Origin: Terriglobia bacterium | Lineage (GTDB): Bacteria; Acidobacteriota; Polarisedimenticolia; Polarisedimenticolales; JAIQFR01 | Reading direction: 5' to 3' | Assembly: GCA_963748015.1 (NCBI GenBank) | Contig: CAVVHE010000009.1 | Coordinates: forward strand, 448,001 to 512,000 | Length of the DNA: 64,000 nucleotides | Shown: positions 18,557 to 25,939 of the stretch, piece by piece | Layout: the number at the start of each line of letters is the position of its first letter | Numbering within the stretch: the stretch's first letter is position 1 | The notes under the pieces: generated by a model | Told to the model about the DNA's origin: nothing | The model's database searches: none | The model's input: the letters and a program-made list of their open reading frames with translations, nothing else | Made by a program: the position numbers and the translations under genes

Positions 18557-18796
18557 GGCCGCCCCGCCTCCCTGGCCTTTTTCAGGGTCCTCGCGGTGAA
18601 CGGCGGCAGCGCCAGCCGCTCGCGCAGGGCGTCGGCCCTCGCCAGGAACTCCGCGGGATCCACCGGCCGCGCCGCCGAGCGAGGTCTCCAGCCGCTCGAG
18701 GATCTCGCTGTTGAGGCTCCGCCGCTGTGCCGCCGCGATCCGCTTCAACCGCGCATAGAGCGGGCCCGGGATGTTCTTGAGGGTCAGGGTCGGCAT
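18553..18796 (-). pseudogene. Arc/RHH (FitA-like) antitoxin, frameshifted near 18670
   Basis: MPTLTLKNIP...RRSLNSEI in one frame and PVDPAEFLARADALRERL...AGRP* in another; span 244 nt (3n+1). Confidence 0.75.
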
Positions 18797-19113
18797 GGTC
18801 CCGTGCTCTCCGGATGGTTCCAAAATGGAACCATTCCGGAGTCTACCGCTGCCCGCCAGTCCGGTCAACCGCGGCATGTTGGCTCTCGGGAGGAGGGCCC
18901 GCTGTGTGTCGCCGCCTGCGCGGCGGACGCCCGGGAGGGACCGTTCGAAATGTAGTTTTCCGGGATCCCAGCCGCCAGGGGAAGCACCGAATCATGGGAA
19001 GCTCTATTGCGGTGGCGCAACGACGGGGAATCCCGCTGTAGCATTCCCCCTTCAGGGCCGTTCCCGGCTGCGTCGCCAGGCGAAGCGAAACCTCGAGCCC
19101 GACCGGAGGCCCC

Positions 19114-20415
19114 ATGAACCGCAAGTGCCGCGTGTACCTCGCCGGCCCGATCTCGGGCTGCAACGACGACCAGCGCCGCCGGTGGCGCGACAAGTTCAAG
19201 AGCATGTTCGGCCGCGAGGTGGGGTTCGAGGACCCGGCGTCGTGGGGGGACAACTGGGAGCCCGAGCGGGAAGTCGGCGCGCTCGAGATCAGCGACGTGG
19301 TGGTCGCGAACATGTGGCGCGAGTCGATCGGGACCACGATCGGCGTCATCCACGCGCGCCTGCGCGGGATCCCCGTCGTCCTCGTGGACCCGAACTACCT
19401 CAAGAACCGGATCGTCCAGGGCTGGATCGCGCCCGAGACCCCCGTCCACTCGCTGGACGAGGCCAAGGCGCGGGTCCAGGCCATCCTGGCGACCCTCGAG
19501 CCGGTCCGCGAGGTGGTCAAGAAGAACGGGACCACCGTGCCGTTCTCGCGGCAGAAGCTCGTCCGCTCGATCCGCACCGCCTGCGCCGCCGCCGGCGTCG
19601 AGGATCCGTACCTCCCCACGCTCCTCGTCAACGACGTGATGCGGCGGCTGCGGCCGGAGCCCGGGAGCGCCGCCGTCAGGACCGAGGACGTCAAGGAGGC
19701 GATCCACCGCACCCTCGACGAGGTCGGGCGGAGCACGATCTACCGGCGCACGATGAAGGACGAGGCGGCGGCCGTGCGCGAGGCGTGGAAGAAGCGCGAG
19801 GAGTACAAGACCGCCGAGGAGCTGTTCGACGAGGCGGTCTCGCGCGTCAAGGCGCTCGAGGCCGAGAACGAATTGCTCCGCGCGAACCAGTCCGCGATGG
19901 CGGCCGCTGTTCCCGCCGCGGAGCCTCCCGCCGAGCCCCCGCACGCGAAGTGGACGTGCCTCGCCGACGCCGTCCGCGCGGCGGAGGGGCAGTTCGGGGC
20001 CGAGCTGGAGTTCCTCCCGCGGGCGCTGCGCTCCGCCGAGGACTCCCCGTTCGCCCAGCCCGCCCGCGCGTTCCAGGCCCTCAAGGCGCTCGCCGCCTGC
20101 GCTCGCGACCGGAGGGCCGCCCGCTCCACCGGCCGCCAGGTCCCCGGCATGCGAACTTGGTTCGCGCGGCACCGGTCGGCGGCCCCCTGGCTCGAGTACA
20201 AGGCCGGCGAGAGCGAGGTGACCATGAACAAGTGGGGCGACGAGCGCGAGTTCACCCACGACGGCCGCAAGGTCGAGATGCAGCAGCACCTCGCCATCGG
20301 CGCCGGCAAGCCCGAAAGCACGCTCCGGATCTACTTCTGCCCCCACCCCGACCCCGCGCGGGCGGAGTTCCTGATCGGGCACGTGGGGCGGCATCCCAGG
20401 AATACGAAGAAGTAG
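19114..20415 (+). CDS. Multidomain protein: deoxyribosyltransferase-like fold + ATP-cone + coiled coil + toxin-like C-terminal domain
   Basis: VYLAGPISG...SDVVVAN...GTT; VVKKNGTTVPFSRQKL...VRTEDVKEAI; C-terminal HLAIG...LRIYF...IGHVGRH. Confidence 0.75.
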   Translation: MNRKCRVYLAGPISGCNDDQRRRWRDKFKSMFGREVGFEDPASWGDNWEPEREVGALEISDVVVANMWRESIGTTIGVIHARLRGIPVVLVDPNYLKNRIVQGWIAPETPVHSLDEAKARVQAILATLEPVREVVKKNGTTVPFSRQKLVRSIRTACAAAGVEDPYLPTLLVNDVMRRLRPEPGSAAVRTEDVKEAIHRTLDEVGRSTIYRRTMKDEAAAVREAWKKREEYKTAEELFDEAVSRVKALEAENELLRANQSAMAAAVPAAEPPAEPPHAKWTCLADAVRAAEGQFGAELEFLPRALRSAEDSPFAQPARAFQALKALAACARDRRAARSTGRQVPGMRTWFARHRSAAPWLEYKAGESEVTMNKWGDEREFTHDGRKVEMQQHLAIGAGKPESTLRIYFCPHPDPARAEFLIGHVGRHPRNTKK

Positions 20416-20519
20416 GGCGGAGGGCAAGAAGCCGGTGGGAAGAGGTACGAGCCGCGCCCGACGATGAACGACGATCCGTCGCTGATGGGACCCGGCGACG
20501 AATCCGCGGAGGGACGACT

Positions 20520-21593
20520 CTATCGCGCCCCGGCGGCAAGGACTTCACGCCAACCCGTTAAGAGACGCTCGTAGGTCTTTCCGCCTGCCCACACACGCCC
20601 GCCGGCTCTTTCGACCTGGCCAAACGCCCACGACGCGATTTGTACGGACGCGTCGAGATCATGGGGAGCGCGGATCCGCGAGAACTCCGCTTCTAGGGTC
20701 GGACGGTGATCTTCGTTCCTCCGCACCCAACGCTCCAAGAACGCGATCTGCGGCAGGAAGTCGCTCTTTTGCGCGTTGCATGAAGTGTCGGCTAGCACGA
20801 AGTTGTGCGCGAGGTCGACAGGGTAACGGCTCCAGGGCACCAGATGGTCCACCGGCGCGTCGCGCGAAAGCGTGCGCGCGCAATAGAAGCACTCGCCTTT
20901 CTGGGTTTCGCGTAGCACGGGCCGGATGTCCCCGAGGGTCGAGCGCTCGGTACCGAACAGGAACTCGTGAAGGTCCGTCGCCTGTCCGAGCAATTCCTGA
21001 TTCGCCTTCAGTTTGCGGACGAAGTCCGCCCAGGCGGCGCGTGCCATGCCGGTGACCAGAGGGTGGAATCGCCGAAGATTGAACGCGACACCCGATTTGA
21101 GCGTGATGGAGCGGCCACGACCCTTGTTGTCGTAGAGAAAATCCAGCAATCGCCCGGGCAGGCGTTGAAGCTTCCAGAGTGGCTGATTGCTCGTGCGGGC
21201 TGCGACGAAGGAAACCAGTGATCGCCATTCTCTCGCGTTGCGGCGAACTTCCACCTCGTATCGCGACACGCTCTCCCTGACTTCGAGCACCCGGTGCAGA
21301 ATCGCCGCGGTATTTCCCGTGTTCTGCGCCAGGACGCCGGGCGCCGTTCTCCGACCCGCCGGCGTCCACGGAACGACCTGATCCCAGTAGAGTGAGACGA
21401 ATCTCTCCGCGATGCGACTCACCGGGACCTCGAGAGGCTCGCCGCTGTCGTTCCCCGTCTCGACGGCGATGTCCGCGAGCGCGACGAGCAACGCGAACTT
21501 GTACGTCGCGGTGAACTGACCCTCGTTGAGGAGTGTCTGAAAATTCTCGAGGAACCGGATCTGTTCCTCGGGGGTCGGCGGCGAGTGCGTCAT
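20520..21593 (-). CDS. HNH endonuclease
   Basis: TATYKFALL N-terminal motif; CFYC...VDHLVPWSRY...NFVLADTSCNAQKSD; less GC-biased codons. Confidence 0.88.
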   Translation of the reverse strand: MTHSPPTPEEQIRFLENFQTLLNEGQFTATYKFALLVALADIAVETGNDSGEPLEVPVSRIAERFVSLYWDQVVPWTPAGRRTAPGVLAQNTGNTAAILHRVLEVRESVSRYEVEVRRNAREWRSLVSFVAARTSNQPLWKLQRLPGRLLDFLYDNKGRGRSITLKSGVAFNLRRFHPLVTGMARAAWADFVRKLKANQELLGQATDLHEFLFGTERSTLGDIRPVLRETQKGECFYCARTLSRDAPVDHLVPWSRYPVDLAHNFVLADTSCNAQKSDFLPQIAFLERWVRRNEDHRPTLEAEFSRIRAPHDLDASVQIASWAFGQVERAGGRVWAGGKTYERLLTGWREVLAAGAR

Positions 21594-21976
21594 CGCTTGG
21601 TCCAGTAATCCGCCTTGTGGGGCAGGATCCACCTTACGCCACCGCGGGGATCGTCGCGGTCTCCCTTGAAGCGCGGAACGAGGTGAACGTGCAGATGTGG
21701 AACCGTCTGGCCAGCGGCGGGCCCGTCGTTGACTCCGATGTTGTAGCCGTCGGGGCGATGATCGAGCTCGACGATTCGCTTCGCCTGCTCGAGGGCCGAG
21801 AGGAGAGCCGACCTCTCCGCGAGCGTCGTCTCGAAGAACGACGCGACGTGCCGGCGGGGGATCACGAGAGCGTGCCCGGGCGAGATCGGGAATCCGTCGC
21901 GCAGCACGAAGACGAGGTCGTCCTCGTACAGCACGCGGGCGCGGTCGGGCTCGCAGAAGGGACAACGGTCGCTCAA
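21590..21976 (-). CDS. HIT-family hydrolase
   Basis: CPFC, PGHALVIPRRH, GQTVPHLHVHLVPR; TTG start; overlaps the HNH start. Confidence 0.92.
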   Translation of the reverse strand: MSDRCPFCEPDRARVLYEDDLVFVLRDGFPISPGHALVIPRRHVASFFETTLAERSALLSALEQAKRIVELDHRPDGYNIGVNDGPAAGQTVPHLHVHLVPRFKGDRDDPRGGVRWILPHKADYWTKR

Positions 21977-22130
21977 CGACGGGACCTCTTCGGCCAGCGA
22001 GAGGCGTAATCTACCACTATCGGCGCTCCGTTCTAGCTGCGAACGCTGGCATGATCGGCAGTTCCTCACGGGCCTCGATATGACACACTCCCCCCTAGCC
22101 TCCACCTCCCGCCGGCAGTAAACTCTCCTC

Positions 22131-22275
22131 GACATCCGGAGCGGCCCGCGGGTGCGGGCCCGGCAACCTGGGACGGACATCCCAAGGTGCCTTCCCGGAA
22201 CCGGACTCGGGGCGACCCGGGGACGGGGACGGGAGATGTGGTCCCGGCGAGGCGCCGGGGCAACCAAGTGTCCGG
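22131..22275 (+). ncRNA. SAM-I/IV-type riboswitch
   Basis: P1 ACATC/GATGT; GGCAACC...GGTGCC P3 signature; P5 hairpin 22241-22261; L3 CGGACA pairs with 3' TGTCCG (PK-2); SD-sequestering hairpin before ATG 22325. Confidence 0.8.
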
Positions 22276-22324
22276 CGCGGGAGACCGCGCGCGCCGGGTG
22301 TCTTCTTCGAGAGGAGAAGACGCC

Positions 22325-22893
22325 ATGGGCCCCGAGAACCCCACCGAACCGTTCACGTCACTCCAAGCCGCGAGGAAGAGCGCGATGCGCAAGGTCGTCG
22401 TGCCCGGGCCGCCGCACCCGAGCCTGCTCTGGGAACCTCCGGACGACGGTTCCCGAGTGGAGGCTCCCGCGCCCGATTTTCGAGGCCCTCGCGCTGTCCG
22501 TCCTGGAGCGCATCGAGAGCGCCGCGCACGCCCGGCGGCTCGGCGTGGTCCGCGCGACGTGGCGGCCGACCGGCGCGCGCGCGCCGCTCGTCGTCGAGGC
22601 GCTTCCGCACGTCTCGCTTCGCGAAGGCGCGACCCCGCCAGGCGCGCTGGCCGAGTTGCCGGCGCCGGACGAGGCCGAGGCTCGACTGGGACTGGGCCAA
22701 GGGGAAGCTCGACAGCTCGCATCCGCGGCGCTGCACGGCGAGCTGCGGCTGATGGTCCATGGCCCCGCGCCCGGGATCTGCGAGGGGGACCTCGCCTTCG
22801 CGGCCCGTGCTGCACGCCGGGAAGAGCCTCGAGGTCGACTACCTCGCCAGGCTGTTCGTCCACGAGGAGGAGGCCGCCCCGTGGATCCTCTGA
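22325..22893 (+). pseudogene. Hypothetical protein with about two frameshifts, first gene after the riboswitch
   Basis: GAGGAG RBS and ATG 22325; coding-like frame switches near 22440 and 22810; ends DYLARLFVHEEEAAPWIL*. Confidence 0.5.
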
Positions 22894-23115
22894 CGCCGGG
22901 AGCCTCATCGGACCACCACCTCTGGCGCAACGGACGGTACTGGTGGATCGCGTTCACGGTCCACTTCCCGAACTGGACCAAGGAGCGGGTGAGGATCTCG
23001 CTCGGCACGGACGATCATCGAGGAGGCGCGTCGGCGCCGCGACAGCGTCCTGTGCGACTACCCGCGCCAGCGCGGCTGCACGCTGTCGCTGCGCTTCGCG
23101 CCCGGTTCCCGCTGA
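22881..23115 (+). pseudogene. Small conserved-looking hypothetical protein with +1 frameshift at about 23016
   Basis: GAGGAGG RBS and GTG; HHLWRNGRYWWIAFTVH...TKERVRISLGTDD / IEEARRRRD. Confidence 0.6.
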
Positions 23116-23254
23116 GCGGCCCGCGCCGCCGGTGACGGGCCGCATGCCCGCGATCGGCCGGTCAGGTGAAGCGCCGTGGAGCGGGAACGTAATGGACGAT
23201 CGCGAGGGACGTCGTCGGCGCCCGGACGCCTCCCGCGCCGAGCGGAGGATCACG

Positions 23255-23726
23255 ATGCAAGACAGAAGGGTCTGGACACCGACCTCGACGCCGAGATCGC
23301 GACGACGAGGAGAAGGAAGGCGCGACGAAGAGTACGACGAGAACCGGATGCTACGACGACGACGGCTTCCCGATCGTGAGGGAGATGCCGCCGCCGGCGC
23401 CCGTGGTCCTGCCGCGAGTCGCGGACTGGCAGAAGTTCGGCGAGACGCGCCCGTACGAGTTCATCCCGGCGGACTTCTTCTACATCGCGGCCGCGGTCGT
23501 GAAGGAATTCGGTCCCAGGCTGCGCGACCTGAACGCGTACCAGTGGGAGAACCTGTACGGGTTCCTCGCGCGCCACTACGAGAGGGCCGGTGTGGACGAC
23601 ATCGTGAACGCCTCCCTCAGCGGCATACGGGACCACGTCGAGACCGGCCTGCCGGTCTCCCTCACGGTGCTGCTGGGCGAGTGGCCGCGGGGGAAGAAGA
23701 CCGACTGCTCGGGTGGGAAAAACTAG
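23255..23726 (+). pseudogene. Hypothetical protein with a frameshifted acidic N-terminus
   Basis: GGAGG RBS and ATG 23255; D/E-rich fragments in shifting frames, then a clean ORF 23376-23726. Confidence 0.5.
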
Positions 23727-23824
23727 CGCCGGAACGGCTAGGCGGGAGCGGCGCGTACGGCTTCCCGCGATAGACTCTGCCCTCGGTTCTCTCCCGCGCC
23801 CCGTGGCGCGCGACAGGAGCCCGC

Positions 23825-24655
23825 ATGGCCCTCATGCCCCGCGACCTTGCCGCCCGCCGCGGCCGCGAGACGGTGGAGATCCTGGAAGCTCGCGGCTACA
23901 TCGCACCGTCGGGGAAACGGGTGGACCTCGCCGCCGCGCTGGATCGCGCGGTTCGCGGGACCGAGACGTACCCTCCGGAGCGCGGCGCACCAGCGCCTGG
24001 GACGAGGCATGGCGCCGCCGCCATCACGGTCGAGAACGACGTCGTCCTGGACGTCGCCGCCCGCCTCGCGCGCCACGGCCGGGTGGTCGCGCTCAACTTC
24101 GCGTCGGCGACCAGTCCCGGCGGCGGGTTCCTCACCGGCGCCCGCGCCCAGGAGGAGTCGATCGCTCGGTCCTCGGGTCTCTACGCCTGCCTCGAAGGCA
24201 ACCCGATGTACGACCACCATCGCGGCCGGCTCGATGCGATGTACTCGGATTACGTCATCTACTCGCCGGACGTGCCGGTGTTCCGAACGGACGGCGGCGA
24301 CCTGCTCGAGGAGCCCTATTCCTGCTCCATCCTCACTTCACCGGCGCCGCAGGCCTACGCACTCCGCAAATATCAGCCGGAGCGCCTCCCCCGGATCGAG
24401 GCGGCGCTCCGCTCCCGCATCGCGAAGGTCCTCGCGGCCGGCGCGGCGCACGGCCACGACACGATCATCCTCGGCGCCTGGGGTTGCGGCGCATTCGGCA
24501 ACGACCCCGAGCTGGTGGCGCGGCTCTTCGACGAGGCGATCTCCGGGAACTTCCTCGGTGTGTATCGCGAGATCGTGTTCGCGATCCTGGACCTCTGGCC
24601 GGACAGGCGGACCATCGGGCCGTTCGAGCGGAGGTTCGGCGCGGCGGCGAGCTGA
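23825..24655 (+). CDS. TIGR02452/DUF2263 bacterial PARG-like macrodomain protein
   Basis: LNFASATSPGGGFLTGARAQEE and ILGAWGCGAFGNDP motifs. Confidence 0.92.
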   Translation: MALMPRDLAARRGRETVEILEARGYIAPSGKRVDLAAALDRAVRGTETYPPERGAPAPGTRHGAAAITVENDVVLDVAARLARHGRVVALNFASATSPGGGFLTGARAQEESIARSSGLYACLEGNPMYDHHRGRLDAMYSDYVIYSPDVPVFRTDGGDLLEEPYSCSILTSPAPQAYALRKYQPERLPRIEAALRSRIAKVLAAGAAHGHDTIILGAWGCGAFGNDPELVARLFDEAISGNFLGVYREIVFAILDLWPDRRTIGPFERRFGAAAS

Positions 24656-24702
24656 GCGGCGGCCCGGCCGGCCGCCATAGGAAATTCGGAACAGGGGGCA
24701 CG

Positions 24703-25515
24703 ATGGCTTCCACCTTCAAGCAGAAGACCTGGCGCATCCTGAACGCCCCACACTCGGGCTGGGACCTCACCCGGTTCATCAATCTCGGGCTCGTCGCGCT
24801 GATCCTCGCGAACGTCTTTGCGTTCGCGCTGGGGACGATCCCGGGAATCGCCAAGCGGTATGAGACGCTTCTCTGGAACTTCGAGGTCTTCTCGGTCCTC
24901 GTGTTTTCGGTCGAGTACCTGATTCGCTTCTGGGCCTGCACCGCCGACGAGGCGTTCCGCCGCCCGATCCTCGGCAGGCTCCGCTACGCGCTGACCCCTC
25001 TGGCGCTCATCGACCTGGTCGCGATCCTTCCCTTCTACCTTCCGTGGCTGGGGCTCGACCTTCGAGAGCTTCGAGTCATGAGGCTGGGCCGTCTGTTCCG
25101 CATGCTCAAGCTCGGCCGCTACTCGGAGTCGCTGCACACGGTGGGCCGGGTGTTTCGAAACAAGCGCCCCGAGCTGGTGGCGGCCGTGTTCGTCATGTTC
25201 CTGATCATCGTCGTGGCGGCCTCGCTGCTGCACTTCGCCGAGGGCGAGGCTCAACCGCTCCACTACGGCACGTTCCCCGACAGCATGTGGTGGGCCGCAG
25301 AGACGATGACGACGGTGGGGTACGGGGACGTCGTGCCGAAGACCCCGCTCGGGAAGGTCCTGGCCAGCGTCATCGCGATCGTGGGGATCGGCATGTTCGC
25401 GCTGCCGACGGCGATCCTGGGCGCCGGGTTCCTCGAGGAGGCCAACCGGCGCAGGGACCAGCGGACCCACGTGGGAGGAACCTGCCCGCACTGCGGCCGC
25501 AAGATCGAGAGTTGA
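24703..25515 (+). CDS. Voltage-gated potassium channel (ion transporter)
   Basis: S4 Arg repeats; TTVGYGD filter; C-terminal CPHCG. Confidence 0.93.
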   Translation: MASTFKQKTWRILNAPHSGWDLTRFINLGLVALILANVFAFALGTIPGIAKRYETLLWNFEVFSVLVFSVEYLIRFWACTADEAFRRPILGRLRYALTPLALIDLVAILPFYLPWLGLDLRELRVMRLGRLFRMLKLGRYSESLHTVGRVFRNKRPELVAAVFVMFLIIVVAASLLHFAEGEAQPLHYGTFPDSMWWAAETMTTVGYGDVVPKTPLGKVLASVIAIVGIGMFALPTAILGAGFLEEANRRRDQRTHVGGTCPHCGRKIES

Positions 25516-25542
25516 ACCGCGCGCAGGAGCCGGAAGGAGCGG

Positions 25543-25577
25543 GAGGGACGGCAACGGGGCACCGGTCGCCGTCCCTC
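25543..25577. repeat. GGGAC(A/G)GCAAC palindromic element, copy 1
   Basis: GAGGGACGGCAAC...GTCGCCGTCCCTC. Confidence 0.7.
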
Positions 25578-25585
25578 TCGCGCGG

Positions 25586-25780
25586 TTATCGGCTCTGTTC
25601 TCGATGCAGGACCCACATCCTGACCACCCGGTGGGTGGCGACCGCCAGCAGGCGGCGCGCGAGACCGTACTCGCGGGAGTCGTCGATGTAGGGGGCGAGA
25701 CACCAGAGGATGACGTCGAGCACACCGTTGACGAGCACCCAGTAGGCGTACAGGTTGAACTGCAGAAACGACTCGCCCAT
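25586..25780 (-). CDS. Small hypothetical membrane protein
   Basis: GGGGAG RBS, 64 aa with a hydrophobic stretch. Confidence 0.4.
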   Translation of the reverse strand: MGESFLQFNLYAYWVLVNGVLDVILWCLAPYIDDSREYGLARRLLAVATHRVVRMWVLHREQSR

Positions 25781-25939
25781 CCTCGCTCCCCTTGACTCAG
25801 ATGTACGCCGAACACACTGCGGGAGCTAGACAAATCGCCGCGTGAAACGCGCGGCCGGGCGCGGCGCGCGAACGGTTCCGCAAGGGCCGCCGCTCGCGGC
25901 GCGGTTGGCGTTATTATTCGGGTTTTCGGGGGTGCCGCG

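Noticed and set aside
18945..19113. Hairpins upstream of the ATP-cone fusion gene, considered as a cobalamin-type riboswitch
   Set aside because: Only short isolated stems; no B12 box or coherent aptamer architecture
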